Assembly (NCBI GenBank): GCA_963733195.1
Contig: CAVTCR010000005.1
Span: 1-64,000, forward strand
DNA: 64,000 nucleotides
Direction: 5' to 3'
Origin: an uncultured delta proteobacterium
Lineage (GTDB): Bacteria; Desulfobacterota; Binatia; Bin18
The notes beneath the pieces were generated by a model. The model ran no database searches and was not told where the DNA came from. It was given only the letters and a program-made list of their open reading frames with translations. The translations under genes were made by a program, and so were the position numbers. How positions within the stretch are numbered: the stretch's first letter is position 1; every line of letters begins with the position of its first letter. Below are positions 1 through 10,335 of this stretch, piece by piece.

Positions 1-108
1 CCTGGCAGTGACCCGACACACATTACGGCCAGTCTGACTAATTCTTTTCTCATGAATTCGAAAGTAAGATGCACTGCACTGACAGTGCCCAGCACTCAAC
101 GCCGTTAG

Positions 109-570
109 TTATTGCTGGCTCGCTGGCCTCAGTCGGTCGCGTATTATCGTGTACATTTTGACCTGCATCTCAAGATGCGTCTCCAGCAGTTTGCGGATCT
201 CCTCTCCTGCGACCTCTAACAGCAAACACTCCTCCTTGGCCAACACCGTTGCTGATCGCGGCCGTCGTTCCAAAACGGCCATCTCCCCGAAGATTTCCCC
301 TGCTTGTAGGATGGCAAGCGGAAAGAGCGGTCCCCCTGTTCCCCCCAGCGTGATCTGAACTGATCCTGAGCTAATGAGAAAAAGCGAGTCGCCAACTTCA
401 CCTCCACTCAGGATGACAGTTCCTTGGGGGTACACACGCTCTTGCGAGATCTCGTCCCTGAGAAGATGCGCAATTTCTTCCTCGTTGAGACTCGAAAAAA
501 TGGGATGCCTCTGCAAGAGGTTTTGCCAATTAAAGGATTTCAGGGGCTCTCTCTGTTGCTCCATAAACAT
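109..570 (-). CDS. Cyclic-nucleotide-binding (Crp/cNMP) domain protein, stand-alone
   Basis: Motifs GDSLFLISSGSVQI, GEIFGEMAVLERRPRSATVLA; no HTH. Confidence 0.9.
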   Translation of the reverse strand: MFMEQQREPLKSFNWQNLLQRHPIFSSLNEEEIAHLLRDEISQERVYPQGTVILSGGEVGDSLFLISSGSVQITLGGTGGPLFPLAILQAGEIFGEMAVLERRPRSATVLAKEECLLLEVAGEEIRKLLETHLEMQVKMYTIIRDRLRPASQQ

Positions 571-683
571 ACCAACGGCGAAAGCCGTACAGGAAGCAGA
601 CTGATCTCCTGGAGAGCGGTTTCTAATGGGAGTGTGCCAGACAGCAGCGGAATATGAATGCTGGTATCAAAGAAGGCGATCAT
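540..683 (-). pseudogene. Truncated PIN-domain (VapC-like) toxin
   Basis: Begins MIAFFDTSIHI (PIN N-terminal DTS motif), overlaps the antitoxin stop, ends after about 47 codons inside the start of the cNMP gene. Confidence 0.65.
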
Positions 684-867
684 TGATCTCGGAAGAGTTG
701 AGGGTGCCTGCGGTAGCACGGAGAACCTGATGCGAGCGCAGCCGTTCTTCTTCTTCGGCAAGAAGGGTGTTGATGAGATCGGACTGAGTCTTGGCTTTGC
801 GTGCCCGCATCAGTTTGCGCAGGCGGGCTTCGGGAATGCGTACCGTGAGCGCCTTACTGCGTGCCAT
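667..867 (-). CDS. Ribbon-helix-helix/VapB-like antitoxin
   Basis: MARSKALTVRIPEARLRKL...SDLINTLL; GAGG RBS; coupled to the PIN ORF. Confidence 0.7.
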   Translation of the reverse strand: MARSKALTVRIPEARLRKLMRARKAKTQSDLINTLLAEEEERLRSHQVLRATAGTLNSSEINDRLL

Positions 868-877
868 AGAATACCTC

Positions 878-909
878 ATGTATGACGTTGCAGACATTGT
901 GTCATACAT
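878..909. promoter_or_regulatory. Inverted repeat, likely TA autoregulatory operator
   Basis: ATGTATGAC-N14-GTCATACAT just upstream of the antitoxin. Confidence 0.5.
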
Positions 910-1004
910 ATCACTGTCTAGAAGGCAGAACAACACCGAGTGGGACTTAAGGATTTTAAGGTAGAGGGCACGTTCTTGAATGATTGAAATTTCTCCGCTC
1001 CTTC

Positions 1005-2147
1005 TTAGTGCGTCACATCTCGTTGCAGGCTGGCATAGTACTCATTCACCGACTGGAGCAATTCGGGGCGGTCACTTTGGAATAATGCCCGCCCTAATCG
1101 TTCCGCAACGTAGGAAGCCACGTAGTCGGCAAAGAGATGGTACAGTAGTGGCGAGAATTCTTCGCGCACTTCATCATGCACAGGTAACACGATGTGAGCG
1201 TGGCGTGTCACTTCGGTATCGTTTTTGTGCGTCACGGCAATGATCCGTCTCCCCAATGCGCGTGCCGTTGCCGCCAAGTCACCCGCCCGCCAATAGGAGC
1301 GGCCAGGCGGAGCGATCACGAACATGGGCATATCGACGGGGTAGGCAAACCGTTCAACATGCCACCACTCTTCCAAATCCTGGCCGAGGGCTAAAATGCC
1401 CGCCGCCTCGATCACCTTCGCCGCGCTGAAGAGGGCCGTGCCGTAACTCGGTCCACTGCCCACCATGACCATCGAGGGAGTGTCGGCAATCATGTCCGCC
1501 ACCTCGCGGCATCGTTCCTTAATGGCGTGAGTGGTGGCATCTACAACGTCGGCGAGCGCGGCAAGTTCTTGGCGCAAGCCGTTCGCTTCGTCTTGATGAT
1601 ATTTGCTTCGCATTTCGCCCAACCGAATCGCGACCAACAGCATCCCCAGCAGGCTGGCCTGGTAGGTGCGAATCCCTGGGGATCGTTCTTTTTTCGGTAA
1701 TTCGACTACGATGGTGCGATCTGCCACCTGTGTCACCGCGCTGTTGGGTGTGCCGGTGAGGGCAATGGTCAATGCACCGTGTGCTTTGGCACGTTCGATA
1801 GCTTGCACTACACGTTTGGTGCCGCCCGAAGCGGAGGTCGCAATCACTAAGGTCTGATGTGGTGTGGCAGGGTGCATCCATGCCGCGCCATAATCGAGAA
1901 AGCGTTGCGCGCTCAGCGGCTCGCAGGCAACATCGGCAATCGCCTCAAAGGCCATTTCGACGGCACACGAAGCATGGTAAGAATCGCCGTCCCCCGTCAG
2001 GTACACTTTGTTTACCGCTCTCCATTCCGATGGAGTAAGGACAGTCCGAATCTGCTGATCAAACGGGCGCGTCAAGGTGCGCAAATCGCCTGCTAGTCCT
2101 TCAACTTGTCTGATCATCACTTCCGGTTTGAGCGGCTCCATCGTCAT
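1005..2147 (-). CDS. Double SIS-domain sugar-phosphate isomerase/deglycase (GlmS C-terminal/FrlB-like)
   Basis: YLTGDGDSYHA, ATSASGGT, VGSGPSYGTA, EEWWH; start placed at ATG 2147 after AAAGGA. Confidence 0.85.
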   Translation of the reverse strand: MTMEPLKPEVMIRQVEGLAGDLRTLTRPFDQQIRTVLTPSEWRAVNKVYLTGDGDSYHASCAVEMAFEAIADVACEPLSAQRFLDYGAAWMHPATPHQTLVIATSASGGTKRVVQAIERAKAHGALTIALTGTPNSAVTQVADRTIVVELPKKERSPGIRTYQASLLGMLLVAIRLGEMRSKYHQDEANGLRQELAALADVVDATTHAIKERCREVADMIADTPSMVMVGSGPSYGTALFSAAKVIEAAGILALGQDLEEWWHVERFAYPVDMPMFVIAPPGRSYWRAGDLAATARALGRRIIAVTHKNDTEVTRHAHIVLPVHDEVREEFSPLLYHLFADYVASYVAERLGRALFQSDRPELLQSVNEYYASLQRDVTH

Positions 2148-2298
2148 ATCCTTTATGAACAGATTGACGAACAAACTTCGGTTCACTCTCGGGTTCTTGG
2201 CGAACGGACAGGCATCATGCCTGTCCTCGAGAACACAGGCTGGCAAGCTTGTTCTACGCACGAGAACTTGGTCATCTAAAACTCATTTAGGCACTGCT

Positions 2299-3105
2299 TT
2301 ATCGTTCCAGCCCACGCACGATGTCTACATACGCCTTCACTCGTTCAACATCAATTTGCCCACCCCAACCGCCGCGTTCCAGACAGGTGCCAACAAATGC
2401 TCCATCCGCTGCCGCCAGCAGCCGCGTGGCGTTTTCGTGGTTGGTGTAACCCGCCAAAATAATCGGTAGTCCTGGCACGGCTTTCCGCACCGAGGCAATC
2501 ATCTCCAGTGTTTTCCGTTCGTCAGGGTCACCCAATGACACCGCATCCGCCCCAACGTGTTTTGCGCTCCGCGCCACCTCCGCGGTGGGCTTTGCTTCGC
2601 CAAACCATTTGAAGTGCATCGAGTCTACTTCGGCAATGATTTTGATATCCCAAGCGTTAATCTTGTTACGATACTCCATCACATCGAGTGGATTGGCTTC
2701 GATCATGCCGTGCGTCGTGAGGGTCATACCCACTACCGCGCCAGCGCGAATAAAGGTTCCCCCGGCCACCTTCGCCACCGCCAACGAAGCTTTCAGAGCG
2801 TTCCGCATCATTTGTACGCCGATTTGGAACTCTTCGCCCGTCACTTGGGCGATGGCTTGCACGATTAAGCCCATGGCGGTCGTGCGCGCCGGGTCGGATT
2901 CGTCTTTCACACTGTAAATGCGATCGACCGTCTGGACTAAACAGCCGTCCGCCCCGCCGTCGTAGAGAGCCCGTGCCGATTGGACGGCAGTATCAAGGAT
3001 CTGGTTGAAGCTGCCGTCTTTATAGAACAGGGTGCCGGGTAGTGGTTGCAGATGAATCATCCCCAGCACGGCTTTGCGTTTGCCGAGGGTTTCAAAAGCT
3101 CGCAT
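2299..3105 (-). CDS. BtpA/SgcQ family TIM-barrel protein
   Basis: GMIHLQPLPG, GGADG, ADGAFVGT motifs. Confidence 0.85.
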   Translation of the reverse strand: MRAFETLGKRKAVLGMIHLQPLPGTLFYKDGSFNQILDTAVQSARALYDGGADGCLVQTVDRIYSVKDESDPARTTAMGLIVQAIAQVTGEEFQIGVQMMRNALKASLAVAKVAGGTFIRAGAVVGMTLTTHGMIEANPLDVMEYRNKINAWDIKIIAEVDSMHFKWFGEAKPTAEVARSAKHVGADAVSLGDPDERKTLEMIASVRKAVPGLPIILAGYTNHENATRLLAAADGAFVGTCLERGGWGGQIDVERVKAYVDIVRGLER

Positions 3106-3143
3106 GGATAGTCCTCCCAATTCCTGGCGTGATTACGACCGAT

Positions 3144-3208
3144 TAAGACCTACCGAACTTCGCAAATATGCCCACAAACACTTTCCTCTCCGGGGGACGG
3201 TAGGTCTT
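3144..3208. repeat. Intergenic inverted repeat (REP-like)
   Basis: AAGACCTACCG ... CGGTAGGTCTT. Confidence 0.4.
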
Positions 3209-3272
3209 GTATTTGCTGGTGGTCTTCCCTGCGCGTGGGATATTCGGATTAATGACCTGTAGCTTCATCCGC

Positions 3273-4490
3273 TCACTTCCTGTCGGCGAGTGCCCGCACA
3301 GTATCAGCCAGCACATCAATCCCCAGACAAATATCTGCTTCGTCTGTGTCTTCGGTGATATCGTGGCTGCGGCCGCCAATACTGGGAATAAACAACATGG
3401 CGGTCGGTACATGTCGAGTCAGCACCATCGCATCATGGCCAGCACCACTTGGCATACGCAAACTCGACGCCCCACGACCGTGGGCAGCGGCTTCGATCAT
3501 CATGGCCAGATTGGCGTCCATCTCAGCCGGTGAGATGCGGATCAATTCTGTTGCCTGTACGCCGACTTTTCCATTGCCGTTGGCAGCGGCAGCCGCCGCA
3601 TGAATTTCTCCTTGCATGCGATCGAGCGTGGCCTCCGACACATCACGGAATTCGACCAGCACGCGGGCACTACTTGGGACCACATTGCCAGCTCCCGGCT
3701 CGAACGCGATATGGCCAAAGTTCCATACACTGTTAGGGCCGCGCACCTGTTCGAACCGTTGCATGAGATCGTGACAATACTTGATCAAGGCACTGCCAGC
3801 ATCTTTACGCAGGTGCATCGGGGTGGTGCCAGCATGGTCAGCCTGTCCAGTACACGTCACATGGACGCGGCGGATGCCAACGATACCCGTTACAACGCCG
3901 ATCTTTTTGCCTTCGGTCTCAAGACGAGGGCCCTGCTCAATATGGCCTTCCAGATAAGCAACATGGCGACTGGGGTCCAGCGTGACGCGAGGTCGGCCTG
4001 CATAGCCCGCCTCACTCAGGGCCTCACGCAAGCTCTTGCCCTGTTGGTTTTTTGCTGCATCAATATCTGCCTCAGACAACTGTCCGCAGAATGAGAGGCT
4101 ACCCGCTAGCGCCCGATAGGTCCCTTCTTCATCAGCAAAGGAAATGACGTCGATCCCAAGGTCGTCTGATGCACCAGCTTCGAAGCGTGCCCGGGCGATC
4201 TCCAAGCCGTACAGGACACCCATGGCACCGTCCAGCCATCCTCCTTTTGGAACAGAGTCAGTATGGGAACCCATAAGGACAGCTTTCTTGACACCTCTTG
4301 TCTGCCCATAGACATTGCCGATACCGTCGATCTGGGCGTCGAGGCCAGCCTCGGTCATCTTCTGTAACAGCCAGTGTCGTGCTTCCCGATCCTCCGGGGT
4401 GAAGGACAGTCGGTGCACCCCACTCCCCACCTGACCGAACGTGGCAAGCTGGCGCAAATCATCAAGCAAGCGGCGATAGTTGATTTGCAT
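3273..4490 (-). CDS. M20 Zn-dependent amidohydrolase (N-carbamoyl-amino-acid/allantoate amidohydrolase family)
   Basis: GSHTDSVPKGGWLDG, DEEG, EGHIEQGP, HAGTTPM, SGAGHDA. Confidence 0.92.
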   Translation of the reverse strand: MQINYRRLLDDLRQLATFGQVGSGVHRLSFTPEDREARHWLLQKMTEAGLDAQIDGIGNVYGQTRGVKKAVLMGSHTDSVPKGGWLDGAMGVLYGLEIARARFEAGASDDLGIDVISFADEEGTYRALAGSLSFCGQLSEADIDAAKNQQGKSLREALSEAGYAGRPRVTLDPSRHVAYLEGHIEQGPRLETEGKKIGVVTGIVGIRRVHVTCTGQADHAGTTPMHLRKDAGSALIKYCHDLMQRFEQVRGPNSVWNFGHIAFEPGAGNVVPSSARVLVEFRDVSEATLDRMQGEIHAAAAAANGNGKVGVQATELIRISPAEMDANLAMMIEAAAHGRGASSLRMPSGAGHDAMVLTRHVPTAMLFIPSIGGRSHDITEDTDEADICLGIDVLADTVRALADRK

Positions 4491-4847
4491 AGACACTCTT
4501 CCTCTCAGCACCTCCGCTGGCTCAGGAAACTAGCCGGTGTCTCAGCTCGTGGTTTCAGTCTGTCTGTCGAAAGTTAAAGAAGAATAACGCAATTGCAATT
4601 GCTATGTACAGCAAATCTTGGAGCGGTATAGCCAAATTAAGCCGGCATATGGGGAGCTTCGAACGACAACTCCGGTCTTTGATCTCTGTCCGTGATCGTT
4701 ATCTTCTCTCCAGCTTGGTAGGAGTCCCAAAGAGGAATCGCTCCATTGGGGTCATACTTCATTCGTTCCTCATTCTGCTTCATTTCCCTCCCCCTCAGCC
4801 TTCAGCCTCTTTCTTTCATTTTTAATTTTTCATTCTTCATTCTTAAT

Positions 4848-7361
4848 TTATTTGAGCCCCGCCTTGCGCAACGCTGCAATATGCCGCTCCAATACCGCCG
4901 GATCTTTGATAGGCACTCTCTGCTTGTGAACCTCCAGCGAGAACTTGGGATTGATCCGCAGCACTTCTGCCGCTTCGGCTCGGGCCTCCGCGTCTCGACC
5001 GAGCTCACTGTAGACCGCCGCCAGGGTCAGATGGGCGCCAAGAACATTAGGGTAGCGGGTGAGATATTGCTTCAGGGGAGCAATCGCCTCCTCAGGCTTC
5101 CCGGCCAGGGAATAGGCAGTACCCACGCTGCGCAAGTGCTCGTCCGCAACAAAGGGCTTACGGCGCAGTGCCTGCTCGACCATCCGCAGGGCTTCTTCCG
5201 GCTTGCCCACCCGGCTCAGTGCCTCAGCCAGCAACGCATAGCTCCGAGCATCATTGGGATCGAGGCGATGGCCTGCTCCATCTCGGCGATGGCCTGCTCG
5301 TACTGCTTTTGCCACAGATAGGCAATACCCAAGATCACGTGACTCAGAGAGGTCGGAGTCATTGAGGGCGCGGACCCGTTGCGCCGCCGCCAACGCCTGC
5401 TCTAGCGTCTGGGAATCCGGACTCTGTTGGGAGGCCCACTGCTGCACGTAGCTGAGAGCCAGGTTGAGGTGGGCACCAAAATGAGTGGGGCTCCGGCTGG
5501 TGGCTTCCTTCAGCGTGGCCACCGCCTCGGCATACCGCCCGGTCAAGTTGTAGGCCCAGCCCAATTGGATTAAGTAGTAGGGCGGATAGTGGGGGTTGAG
5601 CCGCATCGCCTGCTCAACCGCCCGCAGGGCGTCTTCCGGCCTGCCCGCGACGTTCAGCACCTCCGCCTGCCATGCATAGCTGTCCGCATTATTGGGATCG
5701 AGGGCGATGGCCCGTTCGCCCTCGGCGCTGGCTTGGTCATACTGCTGTTTCCGTGCATAGACGAGACTCAAGAGCGAATGGGCTACAGGCAGGGAGTCGT
5801 CCAGAGCGACGGCTTGTTGCGCCAGCGCTAACGCGCGCTCCAGGGTCTGGGGGTCTGCACTCCAGCGCCAGACCCACTCCCGGTAGTAGGTCAGACCCAG
5901 GCGTGCGTACGCCTCGGCATACTGCGGGTCCAGCGTAACGGCTTTCTCATACGTCTGCCGCGCCTGGGCAACGGCCTCTTTCGTGTCGCGCCAAAAATAC
6001 TCCACCCCGCGCAAGAAGGCGTCATAGGCTTCCAGGTTGTCCGTGCGTTTGCGCACTATCCATCCTTGCTCCTGCAAGGTGAGCTGCAGCTTTAGCGTCG
6101 TCACGATCTTCTGCACGATCTCGTCTTGCAGGGCAAAGATATCGGTCAATGAGCGGTCGTAGCGCTCAGCCCATAAATGATGATCTGTCGTAGCGTCGAT
6201 CAACTGCGCCGTGATCCGTACCCGCTCCCCGGCTTTGCGCACGCTGCCTTCCAAAACATAGCGCACCCCCATCTCGCGGCTGATGTCTTGGACCTTTGTT
6301 GCTTTGCCTTTGTAGGTGAAGGCGGAGTTGCGGGAGATGACAAAGAGGCTGGAGATCTTGGAGAGGTCGGAGGTGATGTCTTCGGTGATGCCGTCGCTGA
6401 AGTACTCCTGCTCGGGATCATTACTCATATTGATAAAGGGCAGGACGAGGATGGAGGGTTTGTCAGGCAGCGAGAGTGCTGCAGATTGTAAGGGTAAACT
6501 CGCTTCACCCCTGCCTTGGGCTGTGGCAGTGGCCTCTGCCTCTCCCTGGACCCGATACACCCGCACGGGCTTGGCAATGTTCTTGACCGTCTGCTCGCCC
6601 AGATATTCATAGCCAAGCGACAGTTTATTCTCGACCTGATCATAGACAGTCCCGGAAATGCAGACTACCCCCGCCTTCGGCCAGAGCTTCCAGGCGAGCG
6701 GCGATGTTGACCCCATCGCCATAGATCTGTGAGCCCTCGACGATGACATCACCGACGTTGATGCCAATACGAAATTCCATGCGCCGCTCGGACGGGAGAT
6801 CGGCGTTCCTGGTTTTGAGTGCCTGTTGAATGTCTACCGCACATTGCACGGCATCGACGGCGCTGGCAAACTCCGCCAGGATGCTATCCCCCGGTGTGCC
6901 GACGATCCGACCGCGGTGGTGCTGAATCAAGCGTCGGTGACCTCACGATACGCGGTCAGCATCCGCAGCGTGCCTACTTCATCTTCGCCCATGAGGCGGC
7001 TGTAGCCTTTGACGTCGGCGCTGAGAATGGCCGCGAGCTTGCGCTCCAGCGTATGTTCTATGACTGCTGTGACAAAGCGATAGCCGCGACCATGCTGGGT
7101 TTTGATGACCCGCTGTTGTTCGTCGTTATCTCCGATGGCTTCGCGCGCCCGCGCGATACAGCGCGTCAGCGCGGCCTCACTGACCACCGTGCCTGGCCAC
7201 AACTTGTCAAGCAACTCGTCTTTGGTCACGACTTGCTCGCGTTGGTGGAGGAGATACACCAACAGGTCGAACGCCTTGGGCTCAATCTCCACCCGCTCAC
7301 CTTTACGGCGGAGTTGATAGAGGCGATCATCAAGCTCGCAATCGTCGAAGCGGTACAGCAT
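4848..7361 (-). CDS. OmpR-type winged-helix + class III cyclase + TolB-like + TPR protein (frameshifted, read across ORFs 6927-7361, 6640-6930 and 4848-6767)
   Basis: wHTH EPKAFDLL...GRGYRF; cyclase ILSADVKGYSRLM, PGD, GDGVNIAARLE; TolB-like PSILVLPFINMS...YFSDGITEDI; multiple TPRs. Frame breaks near 6930, 6670 and 5250-5340. Confidence 0.85.
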
Positions 7362-7516
7362 AAGGCAGGTTCGGCAGTCGTTTTGCCACCGAACCCACCC
7401 TATACCACCCCTGTGGCAAAAAACTCAAGCGAAATGGTTTTCTTAAGGCGAAAAGGCGAAATGGGGAACCAGTAGACGAGAGAAGGGACGTCGGCGTGTC
7501 GTGCACTGAGTCTGCT

Positions 7517-7933
7517 TTATGGTCGCCAGCCCTGCCGCATCAGTATCCTTCGCAACTGCACCCGATCCTCCGCGTTAAAATCCAACAATTGCACTGTGGC
7601 TCGACCCTCCGGAGTTACGCCCTCTATGCGACCGTCGTCTTGCAAATGAAAGTGTTCCTGCCACTGCTGCTTTCGCGGGTGAAATAAAGGCACGATGTGG
7701 CGCCCGCTCCCGGCTCCGGGATCGGTCGAGGCGATGTTGGGACCCTTCTTAAGGTTACAACGCAAACAACACAAGCACAGGTTGTTTTCGTCATCTGCCC
7801 CTAGGTGCTGCCGAGCGATAATATGGTCGATCTGATGGGGGAGAATGGAGGCTCTTTGCGGCAAGCGACAGTATTCGCAGACTTGCTGTGCGCGACGCCG
7901 TATCCGCGCTCGTCTTTGCGCGGACAGGCTCAT
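7517..7933 (-). CDS. HNH endonuclease
   Basis: CEYC...IDHII...NLCLCCLRCN..KG; ATGA overlap with the upstream gene. Confidence 0.9.
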   Translation of the reverse strand: MSLSAQRRARIRRRAQQVCEYCRLPQRASILPHQIDHIIARQHLGADDENNLCLCCLRCNLKKGPNIASTDPGAGSGRHIVPLFHPRKQQWQEHFHLQDDGRIEGVTPEGRATVQLLDFNAEDRVQLRRILMRQGWRP

Positions 7934-8148
7934 GAGGCAATACGAGGGGCCCAATACTCCTCTGCCTGGAGTTTGAGCAGGCTCAGGAGATCGTTGAGGC
8001 GCACGATTTGTTCATACTCTGCTCTCTCTTCCGGCGAGAGCCTGCCGGAGGAACTCTTCGCCGCCAACTCTGTTACCCGCTCTGACAGATCTTTCTCCAC
8101 TGCTTTGAGAGCTGCCGCTAACTTGTCCAAAGTTTGCTTTTCCATCAT
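7930..8148 (-). CDS. Small helical protein coupled to the HNH gene (antitoxin-like)
   Basis: 72 aa, GRLSPEERAEYE; translationally coupled. Confidence 0.65.
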   Translation of the reverse strand: MMEKQTLDKLAAALKAVEKDLSERVTELAAKSSSGRLSPEERAEYEQIVRLNDLLSLLKLQAEEYWAPRIAS

Positions 8149-8222
8149 GACACTTTATACCTAAGATATCTGGCTAGGACTATAAGCGGCTTTCCATCAG
8201 TACTGTACGTACAAAGCGAGAT

Positions 8223-8281
8223 ACTGGGAGCGCGACCATCTTGGTCGCCCGACGAGGCGGGCGGGATGCCCGCGCTCCCAG
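8223..8281. repeat. REP-like palindrome doublet
   Basis: CTGGGAGCGCG...CGCGCTCCCAG. Confidence 0.6.
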
Positions 8282-8308
8282 AAAAGAACTCGTTCCTTGC
8301 GGCCTGTG

Positions 8309-9870
8309 CTACGGGCACGGGTCGTTGTGGAATTGCGTCACATTGGCTGAGTTCCCTGCCACGCCATCCTCTATCACCACCATTGTGGCCGTGTTCTGAA
8401 AGATCCGCCCTTCCAACACGTTCCCGGTCCCCATGTTGGGCACAGGGAAAAGGATGTTGCCGCCGGAATACCCTCCCTCACCGATGATATCAGTACCGTT
8501 GTCGCAGACCGTGTTGTGCACGACTCGGACCTCGGTAGTATTCGCGCTCGCTAGACCAACGTCCCCGGCAAGGAGTTCGATGCCCCTGACAGTATTGCCT
8601 TCCACCGTGTTGTGCATCACGACCGCACTGGTCTGGTTGCCGTCAGCGCTTGTGCCAGGTCGCCCATTAGAACTGGCGGCACCCCCACTGACACCTATAC
8701 CGACGCCGGCCTGACCCTCCACCGTGTTCCGCGTAATCCTGACGTCCAGCACGTTATGATTACTAGCGCCAGTCGGGAAGTTCGCCGCGCCTAGTCCGGC
8801 AGCGGCCACGATACCGTAAAACTGGTGCCGCTCCACGATGTTCCTACGAATCTGCGCCACTACCCGGTTCTGTGAGCTGTTATCCTGACCGACGATCATG
8901 CGGATGCCGTCATTCCCATTGTCGGTCACCGTGTTGTCCCTGATGTCGGCATCGAGGGTATTCTCGTCCGCCCCGCCAAAGCCACCAAGGACGTTAATGC
9001 CAACAAAGGTATTGTCGGAGACAGTGTTGCGGGCGAGAGTCGCGTGACTGACGACGTTGCGGTCGCCCAAGGAGACCAGATTGATCCCGATGATGCCATT
9101 CCCCACGATCTCATTATCGGTGATGGTGGTGTGAGTGAGCTGGGTGTCAGAGCCGGCAGCCGTCAAGTTGGCCAAGACGAAGATGCCAAAGCGGGCGTTG
9201 TTGAGCACCTCATTCTGGGTAAGCGTGGTATGGCCAAGGAGGGAGCCTGGCCCGTCGCCGGTTGCCACGAAGATGCCATCAATCGTGGATTCGGCAACGA
9301 TATTGTTCGTGACCGTGGTGTGCTCGACGGTCCCCGGACCCGTTAACCCTGCGACAATCGCGATCCCGAAGGGAAAATGTTGCACCCGCAGGCCCGAGAT
9401 AGTGTTGTGGCTGGAAACAACCCCAATACCAGCGGCGGGCGGAAAGGCAGGGAACACCGCGCCTTCCAGGGTAATATCCGGGGTGTCGTCGCTATTGAGG
9501 TCACCCTTGAGGCGGGTACGTCCCCCGCAGAAGTCCGGCAGCGGATCAGGGTTAGTATCGGCATCGAGATCATCGAAGTTGACCGTGATGGTGCCGCCAT
9601 CCTGGAAGGTGATAGTGTCTGCACCAGAGGTATTACTGGCGGCAATGATCGCCTCGCGCAGCGAGACGAGGCCGTCGGCGCCGGGCAGGTTGCTGATGGT
9701 GCCGGTGCCACAGGGGCCATCGGCATCAAACGGTGGATCAGCGGTATCGGTGAGGGTAGTGACGACAATGGTCTTGGCTGCGGCCGGCGAGGCAAGACCT
9801 CCGAGGGCAAGGCAGCAAGCCATCATAAGAGCGGTTCTCCATCCATGAGTCCTGGTATGTGTCGCTTCAT
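8309..9870 (-). CDS. Secreted right-handed beta-helix repeat protein with CSLREA-like N-terminus
   Basis: Signal peptide ending AAA/K, VSLREAI motif, repeated NxIxxNxxxGI units; probable true ATG near 9870 after AGGAGG, separated from ORF 8309-9826 by a 1-nt frameshift. Confidence 0.8.
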
Positions 9871-10017
9871 GGCAATTTCCTCCTGATTGGTAAAAGGGTT
9901 AGTACACACAGGGCCTGTTCCGTCTCACCGTGCCTCTTGACAAGCAAATCCATCACCTCCTTTCTCCTGAACCGCGTGTGATACGGCGGATACTAAGGAG
10001 GCGGCGTCAGGAATGCT

Positions 10018-10065
10018 TGACGAAGAGCTGACGTTCTTCGGACGAACCGTGACGATTTGCTGACG
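10018..10065 (-). promoter_or_regulatory. Phased direct-repeat array (TGACG x5, 10-11 bp period), candidate winged-helix activator site
   Basis: TGACG at 10018, 10029, 10050, 10061 and GGACG at 10040; TAGTAT -10-like hexamer on the minus strand at 9990-9995. Confidence 0.55.
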
Positions 10066-10335
10066 AGAGCGTGGGGGCGTGTATGCGTGGAAGAAATTGC
10101 CCCTCAGGTAATCCAGTCTCTGAGGTGATTAAAGTTTCGTAACTTTGTGAATGCAAAGGAGAAAAGTCAGGAAAGAAAAAGAACAAGGGATGATTGCAAG
10201 CCTTGTCCCCATATCACCACAAAAACCTCAACGCCTATTGCTGAGAGTCCGCAGCAACGCATTTTTCTGGCGAGGGCTTGTTGGATCATCCTTGTAAATT
10301 CAAAGTACAGTTTTGAATTTGCAAGATAGATTGTT

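Noticed and set aside
1-108. Possible attC after the cNMP gene (AACTAAC on the minus strand)
   Set aside because: Non-canonical R'' box and no partner box before the window edge.
9044-9886. Long plus-strand ORFs opposite the beta-helix gene
   Set aside because: Antisense shadows of a GC-rich CDS with no motifs.
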